Source of the DNA: Adineta vaga
Taxonomy: Eukaryota > Animalia > Rotifera
Reading direction: 5' to 3'
DNA: 64,000 nucleotides
NCBI GenBank assembly: GCA_021613535.1
Contig: CP075493.1
Coordinates: 8,122,001 to 8,186,000 of the forward strand
Both the position numbers and the translations under genes were made by a program. Under the pieces are notes generated by a model. That model saw only the letters and a list, made by a program, of their open reading frames with translations. It was not told where the DNA came from and searched no databases. Positions within the stretch are counted from its first letter, which is position 1; every line of letters starts with the position of its first letter. This document shows positions 27,121-40,900 of this stretch, one piece after another.

Positions 27121-28800
27121 CAAATCAGACGGCATGTTAATAGTTGAATATTTTCTTATCATATACTTGTGTATAGTTTTGTTTTCTCTAATATTAGAAT
27201 TAATTCTTATACTGTGTATTTTGTTGAATTAAATGATATTGACAATTGATACATACTAAGAGATAAGTAGAATCGCCATTGGAAGAATAATGGTGCGGTC
27301 ATGAATCGACCAATATGGACGCGCTTCTTCATACAAAATCATTTGAGAGAAGATACACAATCGTGTACTTACAATCGTTTTCATAGTTTGTTGTTAAAAG
27401 GTAATGCAATCACTTGTTTTGATCAATTGTACTCATCGACGAAAGTATAAAAATGCTGACAAAGAATCGTGCCTAGCTTTTGCTCGTTCGCTAACTCTAA
27501 TCTCTATATATAATTCATTGTCGAGCTTTTGCAGCATACGTAGATACTACTTCATTTCATTATCCGAAGATGAAAGATATCAAATTTCCTTTCTTGTCAC
27601 ACATGACATCAGATGAATAGGATCAGAAATCTAAAATAATTCTCATACAGCGAAAGAAGTGATGTTTTTTTTTCATTATAATGGAATCAACTTTCTATGT
27701 GCACATATCGTTATTTTGAAATATCATGACTAATTTAATATTTTTCTCTCGACTTCTGCTAAATGAATTCTACCTGATTGCATCAATAAATACTCAAATG
27801 AAAAAATATTTGAATAAGAAAAACCGTTGAATTTATTAAAAAAATCTTTTCTTTTCGACTATCTCCCATTCAAATAACATCAATTGACAGCATAATCAAG
27901 ATCGACGACGTCTCATGTATATATCCTTCGAGCTTCTGCTAATGTCGTTGATATTGATGTTGAAGATATCGTATTACGGCAAGGAAAAGGACAGGTAGAA
28001 AAAAATGGTATCGATTTCGTAATCAATTAAACTACCTACGCATCATTTCAGATGACTTCAGCAGTTTTCGAGCATAATTAAGTAGGCGATTATGAAGCAA
28101 TTTATGTATAGAAACATGAAATTTTCTTGCAAATTATGCAATAAACATTCATTTCAACATTTAGAAGCTTAATCACACAGAAAGTAAATAGTTACACTAC
28201 AGAAAACGAAAAAGAAAAAGAATTTTTCGCACGACTGTGTGTAATTGGATATCTGTTGTTAAAGAGATTATGCTAAAAAAGACGTTTGGAGGTGGAAATG
28301 CATAAGAAGATCTCCTAGTTGTGAAAGAACGAAAAGAAAAAGAGAAAATAATATATTTAATTTTCTCTTTTGATTATTCATGATAAAATATAACTTGTCA
28401 TTCGAAGAGTTGACTTGAATATTTGTCTACCAGTAGCGATTCTTTCAGAGCAATCGATTCATTTTCTTAGCTACACATCTATCTTCTGATGTCTTTCAAA
28501 ATCTAGTTTTCTGTTCGTTTGTAGTAAAGTGCAAATCTTTCTTTTTATTTGCGAGAATATTTTTTTATTTTTCTCTTCATAACGAAATAAATATTATTAG
28601 TAATAACGTAGATATAGGATAGATGATAATCCTACTCTCAAACATCTGAATATATTTTTTACTGATATAGTTTATCAACCTTGTCAATTTACTTAATCGA
28701 AAACAGAAGTTTTCAAAATAAAGAGTATTTATCGAAATAAACTACGTCCATTCGATATTCTAAATTACTCTAGAACAAAGGTATTGTGGATTGATTTCCA

Positions 28801-28821
28801 TATATATATATATATATATAT
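28801..28821 (+). repeat. (TA)n microsatellite
   Basis: (TA)10 just upstream of the gene B start. Confidence 0.9.
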
Positions 28822-28863
28822 CAATACAGTATATTTATTCAATTGCACCAACAATATTTAGAA

Positions 28864-31522
28864 ATGTTTATTACATATCTCTTAGGTAATTTATATATAA
28901 CTTTGTAAGTTTTACAAATAATTCATACTATTTTAGTCTTCAAATCAATCGCGACCATATCTGGTGAATTAACTGCTACGCAAACATTATCGAGTGAAAT
29001 TCAAGACTTGTCATCGAATAAACATAACTCACAGTTGAAAAGTAAAATTATTGAAACTCATCCATTCGACGAAGGCTTCATACTTCTTTCTGCAAATCAT
29101 GATAAACCGTTAGCAAGCGAACAAAAATCGAATATATCGCTAAGACATCCTCCAAGTTCTACAGTATATAACACATCATCAACAACCTGTATAACTGTAA
29201 CCAAGACGAAATCAATAACTAATATATCTTCTCCAATTATTAATCACTCAATTGGTCATCTTGGTAGACGATTATTGAATGAGCCAAGTTATGATACGGA
29301 TCTCGATATTTCCTCTCCACAAGCATTACTTCAAGATGATAATGAAATCGGAGATTTCCTTCAGGTTAACGAAGAAGATATGCACAAAGCATTTGTTACC
29401 TTCGAAGTCACAGCTGATGGAAGTGGTGAGAGTATGTATAAATAAATGTATAGTGATTAAGATCAAATACAGTCATTTTCTTTCTTTTTTGTTCTGATTA
29501 TCTAGCAACGGATTATACAACAGAATACAGTACTGGTGAGTTATCACATTCGTTTTCTTTTACTAACATATTTGAAAAAGATGGTAAAAGTAAATGTGAA
29601 ATGTAAAGAGATGTCGTTATTGATCTAGTTGATTCTATCTATGTAAAGCTTACGAGTATTCTCCTGATAATATGATTTAGAAGTAGCATCGACATCAATA
29701 GAAATAACAGCAACGCAGACGACATCATCTGCAACAATTTCTTTGATCACCACAACAATTACCCAAGCAGATACAACCGAAGCAATTACAGATATTCCGG
29801 AAATAACAACGATTAAAACACCAGATACTGCTGCACCTACTACATTATTAACTGAGGCAGCAACTACGGATGCATCTACTACTATATTGACGGATGTCTT
29901 AAGCACAAGTATAGATACAACGATCTCCGAAGTACCAACTACGAGTGTATCTGAAACTACAGTCGTTACAGGAATAACCACCGATGCCACTTCGATAATA
30001 ACTACTTCAATTACAACAATCGATAAATCGACAGTCTCATTTACGTTTCAAACATCCTCACAGTTAACTACAACAACAACGACAATTACCATACCTGATG
30101 ACATAAGTAGATCTTTTATAAATTATCTATAAACAAATAATCACAGGTTCTCTTTTAGTTCTACCAAATAAAACGACATTTTATATCAAATTCAACTGTA
30201 CAAATGCTAATGATACACTAATGGATGTATGTATTTTGTTAGAATACTTCTGCAACGTAGAATAATTTTTATTTTTAGATATTGGCAGATCTGAAAAATC
30301 CTTTGTATGAAATTATGTATACTTATGACAAACCATTGCCGTAAGTAGACCAATATGTTGTCACAAAAAAAATTTAGCTTCATAAAATTTCAGATGCTCC
30401 GAATCTGAAAAAGTTACTGCTACGTTGATTGTACAAACTCCAGATAGTAATGTTACAACATTGAACAATTTATATGAAACCTTAGAAAATTTAACTAGAC
30501 ATCGAGGCTTGGAATTGCTTATTGTTAACAGATGTGGTAGAGGTGATAGTATAGGTAAATCATTATTTTGTAGAAAATTGAAAAGAAAGTCTTCCTCTTC
30601 AAAATAAATATTATGTTTTCTTCTGTAGATGTGGTGAAGAATACAACATCATGTTATCTCATAGATCAATGTGGATTATGTGGGATAGATCCAGTACGTG
30701 GTATATGCGATCCGAAGAACAGAACAGTCAAATGTCGATGTTTTACCAATGATCAAGATCTATCAGCACCGTATGAGGGTGATTTTTGTTCAATACCAAG
30801 TCCTAAACCCATAAAATCGACGTTCTCACCATCCCGTTGGACACCTATTATTGTCGGTGTTTTAGCTGGTTTAGCTGCTCTATTTTGTGCGATAACATGC
30901 TGTCTTTGGTTAGTAGCTGCCTGGCGCCGTCGACATCATAATGCACAGTAAATTATTCTTAATAACAAATTGATTCCATTTTCTTTTCTCTTTATCTTTC
31001 AATAGAGATGAACTACTTATTCGTCGTATATGGCATTTACCACGAGCTGAAGTTCCAACGACTGTAACAGCTGAAAATGTTCCAACGTATTTAGGAACAA
31101 CTAATTCAACCATAAGTACTCAAGGAACAGATTCTGTTCATACAAGAGGTAGTACTACGAATAGTACATTTTTCAAAGAATTAGATCAAAAGATGGGTGA
31201 AAAATTACGTGCAACAATCACAAGACCAAATACGAGTGGTATGCTAGCAAGTTTACCTTCTGATACAGCATCAACATTGAGCAGTTATGATCCTATTGAT
31301 GAACTTGATGCTATTATTGATAATGAAGATATGAATGCTACATTTCATGATCCATTAGATGAACTCTATGAAGATAATGAAATGCTTGAAGTAATGAATC
31401 CAAATTTGAAATTACCAAGACCTAATGTTGACTCCAAACCAACTGGTCTATTTTCGGTAAAGATCGCTAATTGAGTTATTAACATTTAAATTTTCGTTTC
31501 TTTTCCTTTTTAGTTTTTCTAA
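28864..31522 (+). CDS. Type I membrane glycoprotein B (paralogue of A with Thr-rich mucin stalk)
   Basis: MFITYLL|VFKSIATISG signal, ADGSGE, Thr-rich exon at about 29681-30106, EGF-like QCGLC...GIC...KCRC...YEGDFC, TM WTPIIVGVLAGL..., tail WHLPRAEVPT...YDPIDELDAIID...NPNLKLPRP, and terminal micro-exon 31514-31522 (FF*). Confidence 0.8.
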
Positions 31523-33069
31523 ACAAGGTTTCCATTCATCTATTTTATTCAGTGCTGGTCGCTTTTTATCATTTATTTTCTGGTGATTATGATGTCTATA
31601 TTTTTTTGTTTCAATGATCCTATCCCAATCTATATTCATATTCTTGTGTCGCTTCGTCTATTTCTGTGAACCTTGATGTTTTTGGTCACAATAAATTTCC
31701 AATTCTTTTCAATAATTTACTGATCAAAAATAACAAAAGAATTCACCATATTTCAATAGTAAAAATTAATATGTTTATTACATCTAGAAGAAAAATCCAA
31801 TTTTCTCACGGGTTTTCACGTGAATTCTACCGCAAATACAAACATAAATAAACAATTAGGAGTAGTTCAGTAAAACTGAATGAAAAGAATCGCAATTATT
31901 TCACACCCTACATTTATGTAGTGAGTTTAAGGCTAATGTTCGAGTATCATAAATCAGGCGTTTTCAGACGAACGAAAAAAACCTCTGTTTCATTGCAACT
32001 TTATTATGCATGATTTTCATCATTTTTTCTTTCGAAATCATATTCATCAGTAATGTTTTTATCCTGAATTGAAGTAAAATAGTGAGTCATTTATAATCAG
32101 CAGAGACGTAAACAATAGTTCGAATGTTTTCTAAGACAGTTAGTTGTTAGTACAACAATACATTATGAATGCATTATTGTTTCAAAGTTTAATACTGATG
32201 ATTGTTTTTTCTTCTCTTTTATTCCATGAAAGAATCAGTACATGAGTATTCAGCGAAATATTCCAGTACATATCTCTCGAGACCACTTTTTTTTATTGAA
32301 ATTCCAAAATTTTTTTCGATGTGTTTTTTCACTTAAATGTTTGATCGATCGATGTTTTCTTTTCGTAGACACTTTTACATTGTATCGTAAAATAAGATGA
32401 AGACACGTAAAATTACAAGTGTGAAAAAAATTGTTATCGAAAATATTTTTCTGAAAAATCCAAAACGGATCTCTATCCTAATGAAATATTTCGTCGTTCT
32501 ATTCCAAATTGTTAATAGTTAAAAAAAAAGAAATTCTATTTGACATATATAATTATGTAAATTATGCATAATTATTCAATTTTCCTTTTCATTATTTCAT
32601 GTGAAAACTATATCCTTATTCGTAAAGAATCCTTTCTTTTTCAGTAAATTCAATTTTACCCGTTGGCGACATTTGATGTCGCATGCCAAAAAAACACAGC
32701 AAGAAAAATTGTTTTTAATGTATCCTGCAGTAGGCACTTGAAAATAATGAAACCTACAGAGTTCTATTCAAATCGAAACTTCTTATAGACAATAGATAGT
32801 TTATCATTGTTTTCATTCTAAACTTTGATCAGATTCTTATGAAGGTCAAATTATTCGACTATCATCGTTCATAGTTAATATACAATTTCATGTAATGTTA
32901 CAATAGATTATTCTTGTCAAAAATGTATACTTTGTACTTTGTCAATTTCATCTCATGTTACTATTCGATATGTGTACATGTATAATTTAGTTCTAGACGA
33001 AAGCAAGATATGAAAATGTCTTGAAGAAATCGAATTTTTTTCCTTTACATTAATATTGTTATTTTTGTA

Positions 33070-33091
33070 GTTGTTGTTGTTGTTGTTGTTG
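33070..33091 (+). repeat. (GTT)n microsatellite
   Basis: 7 units. Confidence 0.9.
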
Positions 33092-33668
33092 ATCTTGAAT
33101 GTATTCATTTGGAATCATTTGTGTTGATTAGGTTTTTTTTCTCATTCGCTTCCTGCAATGGACCGTTTTATTTTTCGTCGTAGAAAAATTTCGTTTTAAC
33201 GACAAGAATCACAAGAAAAAACGTTTTATAATGATTCGTATGTACTTTTGACGTATTACTTGTAAATGTTTATTAAAATGATGCAAGCAAAAACAATCGA
33301 TGCTGATCGGTAGTTATGTGCGACTGATTCACACTTTTCTTTACATACAGATTGGATTAGGTGAAAACATCTCAATGGTTTGATTTACTGTGTCGCATTC
33401 ACTCTCCACGATCGTGCCGTTTGAGGCATTAGAGGTGCTCAAGGTTATAGCGTGACTGTACATTGATTTCATATTCATGAAGATTTCATCTAGAGAGTTT
33501 GGACAGAAATAAAAAAATGAAGAATTCAATTATTGATCATTGAAAAATCTATTTTGTAATTTCAAAATATTTTCTTTGTTTTCATTAAAATGCGTTCGTA
33601 AATTGTATTGAATGAATAAAGTTCCATAACAATTCTTTTCTTATGTCTTATTATGCAAATTAAAGTTT

Positions 33669-33705
33669 TTCTTCTTCTTCTTCTTCTTCTTCTTCTTCTT
33701 CTTCT
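33669..33705 (+). repeat. (TTC)n microsatellite
   Basis: About 12 perfect units. Confidence 0.95.
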
Positions 33706-34979
33706 CCAATGAACTTGTCAACAATTTAACGTAAATTCAAACGTACTGAAAGACAAGTACATGTAATAAAAGTTGAAGAACAGAAGAAAAGAGTGATCGA
33801 TGATTGTTCAATCGACTTTGAAAGACTGCGAGAGAGAGAGAGAATAACTAAATAATCTTCAGTACTTTTTTGACTTCTCTTTTGCTCCGATAATGATGTT
33901 CAATACAGGGAAAGAGTTGAAATTAGGCTTCCATCAAAAAAAAGTATTTATATATTCAAAACATGATGAAAACTACTAAATAAACTTTCAGTATGCCTGT
34001 TCGTTCATTAGACGTCGTTTGATATATTTCGAAAGAAAAAAAAACGAGAATGTACTTAACGTAAAGAACCATTCATTTTATTATTTTAATTTCTATTCTT
34101 TGGCATGATTTTTCATTGAAAAACTTATTTTAAATTGTCTTAGTCATTCAATGTTTTGTTGTATTAAGAAATGAAAATAGAAATTTAGTCAATTTATCAA
34201 TAACAAACTATGGATACAAAAATTGTTCTTTATAAATCATATGACTAAATCGAAATTATAGTTATTATATACGGCTTGTTTGAAGTGAAGTATAAAAAAC
34301 AACATATTAGTAAGTTTTACTTTTGTATCAATGTAAGTGTCAAGAGATGCCATGTCTGTCTTTCTCTCTCTCACTTGCCTATTCTCATACTTTCTTCTGC
34401 TCTCTCTCTCTCTCTCTCTGTTTCCTTCGCTCCTTCCCCCTCTATAAAACATTTATTCGAGGATCATATATTGAAGAGGAAGAGATGCATGCATTCGTTT
34501 ATTTGAATAGTAGAACAAGTTTTCTAGAAGCTTATTTGACTTAAAACTGCATAAACATTACAATGAGGAACAACTTAAATGTGTAGGTGTTATAGTCTCC
34601 ATACACACACTTCTTTCATTCAAAATCAAAACTATGTTCTTGTGTACAAATCAGTAAGACAAGAGTAACATTATTCACTGAATGACGAAATTTTTTCCTT
34701 CGTCTTTTTTTCTCTTTCAACTTCATTTCACCAGTCATTTCATGGATTCAGGTTCTGTTTACTTGCGCTCTCCCCTCTCTCTCTCTCTCTCTTTTTCTCT
34801 CGTTCGATTCTCTTCCTTTTTCTTTTCTGTTCATTTTCGTATTGTTCTTTTGATTTCTTTCAAAATTTTCCTTCTAGCAAACATACAGAGAACTCATTTT
34901 CGTTTTTTTTCTTCTTTGACGATCATCAAATCGTTTTTCTCATACATAATCGTCATTTGTTTTAGATAGTTGTCAGATC

Positions 34980-37900
34980 ATGAACGTACAAAATACAATA
35001 CGACTGTTATCAGTCGCATATCTCATATCTTTAATGGCGATTACATCCGTTTTAAGTACTGATACAGGTAAAACAAAGTTTAGTATTTTATAAGTATAGA
35101 GGTATACAATAAGAGGTTATAAACTTTTCAAATTACATACATATATGATTATATACACAAAGAACTCAAGCTTACTTTCACAGCAGTTCTATTGATGATA
35201 AATTGTATGAATAAAGTCATCTAAAAACGTAATACAAATCTATCAGTAGTAGACATATATTTTCGTAGTAAAATCCTCAGATAAATTGATGTCGTTTTTT
35301 TCGTCAAATCAAAGAAAAACAATGAATTAACTTTTGATATAATACTAATGCAAATCATAAGTATTTATGTATATATCTGTCTCATGTTACATAGGATCTA
35401 ATACGAAACGGAATGATTGGCTAAATATGTATAATCAACAGCTTTACTCAGATTTATCGGGAACAATACAAGAATTAACATCGAATGATGATAACGATGA
35501 TATGGATACACGTTTTCAACCACCATTGGATAAGGATAATCAAAACTTGCCACCAATTGTTGAAGGTTATCGTTTAGCAAATACGGAAGTTATTGGTCCA
35601 GCATTATCAGTATTAATTAACAGTGAAACATCTTATGGTCGTCATAAACGTGATACTCTTTTGGATAATTCATCTATATCATCTCGCTCATTACAACCGA
35701 TCTTATCGAATAAATTGTCTAACGATGATGATGATGATACATTGTTCAATAATGCTAATGCTTGGGCGCTTAGCTTATCTTTAGTTTCATCAGCTGTTGA
35801 TGGTAGTGGAAGCGAATTTGACAGTAAGTTATACTATTACTTATCAGTTTCAAGTAAAATCAACTTCTCATATCGTATTTGTTTTACTCGAATAAAACTC
35901 GGAGAATTATCGATTATTATGTCTTATTAAATGAAAATCTTCGTCTTTCACTTGAAAACGAAAGAAATTCTTCAACCCTTTATGTAGTAAAGTACAATAC
36001 AAACATTGTTCGATGACATTGATCTGACTAAAAGACTTTCAAGGAAAGGTATTATTTTTTTTTGTTTGATTATTTTAGCGACATCCGAGACAGCGATAAC
36101 AGATGTTACATCAGCTAGCACAATTATTCAATTGACGACAATTAATCCCACCGAACAATCAACTCTCTATTCTGTCACAAATAATATGTCAGAAACAGTT
36201 ACTAATGCGTCAATTACAACAACATCATCGGAAGGTACAGAGACAGTTCGTGGTGAGTTCTCGTCCTTAAATCATGCGTTAAACTAATTTATTTTTAATA
36301 TGATACTAAGTGGAAAATATTTACAGAGTGAAAACATCTTGTTCATTTCATTCTTTTTTTCATAGACACTACATTCATCAGTGAAACACAAATATCTACT
36401 ACAACTGTAACAAATCCTACAGTTTCATCTGGAACTATTACAAATAGTCAAACTGACACCAGTGAAATCGTTTCAACTGTATCAACTAGTGATGAACAAT
36501 CAACTTCAGAACGTAAGAAAGTTTTTTTTTGCGATAGTTTCATTTAACATTATCTTTAACAAAAAAAATAGTAACGAATGCATCATCAACTCAAAGTTCG
36601 ATGACAACAGCATCGTTCTCTGATACCAGCTCTGCACAAATAATCACTGAATTATCGACAGAAATAACTGAAGTCACAGGTAATCTTCTATATTGTGGAT
36701 ATTGAAAATAGATGAATAAAGTTATTATTAACCTGTTCCTTTTTTCTTACATTATTTTAGAAGCGATATCTGAAACAGAATCAACTATTGCACCAACTAC
36801 AAATGTCGGAGAAACAGGAATAACATCAGCATCTGTATTGACAATTACTACGACTCAAACTACCGATTATATTTCGCTATCAAGTGAAGTTACGTCTGAA
36901 ATTTCTTCTACCACTCCACCGACTTCACTATCATCTTCATTCAGTTCTGAAAATACAACAGAAATTCTAACGACTACTGACGAAACTGAAATTCTTTCAA
37001 CATTATCATCTCAGACGAACATTGAAACTAGTAGTTCAACTCAATCAACAATGACAACAAGTTATATTGAAACATCGACTCAAAATTTACAACAAGCAAT
37101 AACAAACTTCTTTCTCTATTTTACACCTTTATCACGTAGTTCACGTAAAGCTCGATCAATTCCTATCAGTTCTCCACAATCATCTACTATTGAAAATGAA
37201 GTATGCTATCTTTTTTTTTGAAATAGTATTTCTATATTTATACTCATCTAATTGGCAACTTATTTCTTATAGGTATCAAAAATTCTGTATGGAATGAATA
37301 TCACGTGCAATGATACGTGTATTCAAGTAAATCAAACTAGGTAATTTCTCAGAGATTTTCATACGATTTTCTATAATAATTTTGTATTTGATTACTATAG
37401 TGTCAGTCCACCTGATGTCGAATATATGATTACATTAAATGCATCACTCACTATTGCACAACGTATAGAATTAGTAAACGGTCTTCTCATGAACAATGTT
37501 AGTTTAAATGATAGTTATCAGTTGATTGTAAGAATAATAATGAATCCAACTACTTCAGACATTTGTAAGTTTTCACCTTTAGTATTTCTCGAAGGTTAAC
37601 AAAAGTACTCGATTGTTTTCTTTTGTAGTGAATTTCACATATGTAACACCAGCTTGTAAAGAATGTGAATATGCTTTTACAGGAAATTGTACCAGTGATA
37701 ATAATTCATGTGTATGTTATCCCAATTATCAAGGACAGTTTTGTCGCGATCTTGCTCAATTAACAACGGGCAGTTTATCAACTACAATCAGTAGTACTAC
37801 TTCAACGTCGACTACATCGTCATCATCGACTACTACTACTACCACTACTATAATCACCTCGACAGTAACATTAGAGGTTACTACAGAATCAATTACTACC

Positions 37901-40900
37901 GATTTGCATACATCTCAAACAGAAACATCTTTTCAAGGAACGTTGCAAGATATTACAACAGAAGCAGTAAATACTACGAGCGTACCATCCAGTGGAACTC
38001 AGACAACAACATCAGAAATAAACTCAACACAAAGTGCAACACTAGCAGTTACTACGGAAACAGAAGAAACTACGTTATCATCATCATTACAAACGATAGA
38101 ATCAACAGGTTTTACTACAGTGACATCACATATCAGTGATACAAGCACTTCGAATTTGACTACAAGTACTTTATCAACAGTAGACACAGGAACAACAAAT
38201 GATATTACTACATTTCCAAATCCTACTACCAGCTCTAACGTAACATCAGTTGAAGCAACAACAGAAGCAAATATTATGTCTTCAACAGCCACTATTCAAA
38301 CGACAAACTCGATAACTTCTCAAACAGGTGCCACTGACGTTACAAGTATGTATGATTCAACTATTTCAACGGCAACGAAAGTAACTGCAACTACGAGCGA
38401 AACAGCTACGATAACAGACTACACAGACGTAACAATTTTACCGATTACAGTTGCAAATAGTTCAACAACAGAAACCTCTCAATTTACTACAATCATAATT
38501 GGTACAACAGTACCATCTGAAACTATAACATCCATTCTTCGACATCTACAATGATGAATGAAACAACGGAAGAAACCGCAACAGTACACTTGCCAACCTC
38601 AAGAATCACTACAGCAGCAACAGGGGATACATCGACAATGACTATTCCCACAGGTATAACTAGTTCCGTCAACACAACAACAATTGTTGGAACATCAGTA
38701 ACAGAGACAGATGCGTTTTCCACAGCATCTTCTACTTCAGGTTCAACTAGTGCTCCATATACGAATACGATTATTGGAACAACAACAACATTAACAGAAA
38801 CAAGTGAAACGCATACATCTGTCAGCAATTCGGCTGCAACTAGTTCAAGTAATACAGTGACAACGGAGTCTTCGACTTCCAACAGTTCGTCTATTATACC
38901 CACGACGTCAGGAGAATATTCTACATCCTCCACTACGTCGAGTACTACTAATTTCAACAACACCGCTACATCCGTAGGAATTTCACTCACAGACATATCT
39001 TCAACATCAACCAGCACCTTTTACACAAGCAGTGTAACTGAAACAACCGCAACAAATTCGACCAGTACAACTACAATCACCCAAACGTAACATCAAGACC
39101 ACCTACTATTTCGGATTCTACTACTCAGACTGGTTCAACAACAACTAGTGGAACCGGTACATCAGCTTCATCTTCGATTACAGGTGTATCCAGTTCACTC
39201 AACACAGCTACAGTAACTGGAGCCGCAACATCAGGACCAGCCACTATTTCGGATTCTACTACTCAGACTGGTTCCACAACAACAACTACTGGAACCGGTA
39301 CATCACCTTCATCTTCGATTACAGGTGTATCCAGTTCGATCAACACAGCTACAGTAACTGGAGCCGCAACATCAGGACCAGCTACTACTCCGGATTCTAC
39401 TACTCAGACTAGCTCCACAACAACAACTACTGGGACCGGTGTATCATCCACAGTAACACACGATACATCAGCATCACCTTCGATTACAGGTGTATCCAGT
39501 TCGATCAACACGGCTGCAGTTACTGGAGCTGCAACATCAGGACCAGCTACTGTTTCGGATTCTACTACTCAGACTAGCTCCACAACAGCAACTACTGGGA
39601 CCGGTACATCACCTTCATCTTCGATTACAGGTGTATCCAGTTCGATCAACACGGCTGCAGTTACTGGAGCTGCAACATCAGGACCAGCTACTGTTTCGGA
39701 TTCTACTACTCAGACTAGCTCCACAACAACAACTACTGGGACCGGTACATCAGCCACAGTAACACACGATACATCAGCATCACCTTCGATTACAGGTGTA
39801 TCCAGTTCGATCAACACGGCTGCAGTTACTGGAGCTGCAACATCAGGACCAGCTACTGTTTCGGATTCTACTACTCAGACTAGCTCCACAACAGCAACTA
39901 CTGGGACCAGTGTATCATCCACAGTAACACACGATACATCAGCTTCATCTTCGATTACAGGTGTATCCAGTTCGATCAACACAGCTACAGTAACTGGAGC
40001 CGCAACATCAGGACCAGCTACTATTTCGGATTCTACTACTCAGACTGGTTCTACAACAACAGCTACTGTAACCGGTGTATCAGCCACAGTAACACACGAT
40101 ACATCAGCATCACCTTCGATTACAGGTGTATCCAGTTCACTCAACACAGCTACAGTAACTGGAGCCGCAACATCAGGACCAGCTACTATTTCAGATTCTA
40201 CTACTCAGACTGGTTCAACAACAACTACTGGAACCGGTACATCAGCATCATCTTCGATTACAGGTGTATCCAGTTCGATCAACACAGCTACAGTAACTGG
40301 AGCCGCAACATCAGGACCAGCTACTATTTCAGATTCTACTACTCAGACCAGTTCCACAACAACTATTGGAACCGGTACATCAGCATCATCTTCGATTACA
40401 GGTGTATCCAGTTCGATCAACACAGCTACAGTAACTGGAGCCGCAACATCAGGACCAGCTACTATTTCAGATTCTACTACTCAGACCAGTTCCACAACAA
40501 CTATTGGAACCGGTACATCAGCATCATCTTCGATTACAGGTGTATCCAGTTCACTCAACACAGCTACAGTAACTGGAGCCGCAACATCAGGACCAGCTAC
40601 TATTCCGGATTCTACTACTCACACTGGTTCCACAACAACAGCTACTGGAACCGGTGTATCTGCAACAGTAACACACGATACATCATCATCATCTTTGATT
40701 ACAGGTGTATCCAGTTCACTCAATACAGCTACAGTTACTGGAACCGGTACATCAGCATCATCTTCGATTACAGGTGTATCCAGTTCAATCAACACAGCTA
40801 CAGTAACTGGAGCCGCAACATCAGGACCAGCTACTATTCCGGATTCTACTACTCACACTGGTTCCACAACAACAGCTACTGGAACCGGTGTATCGGCAAC

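Noticed and set aside
33341-33529. Slightly GC-richer 62-aa minus-strand ORF
   Set aside because: No recognisable motif or linked exons, so it cannot be supported as a gene or transposon fragment.
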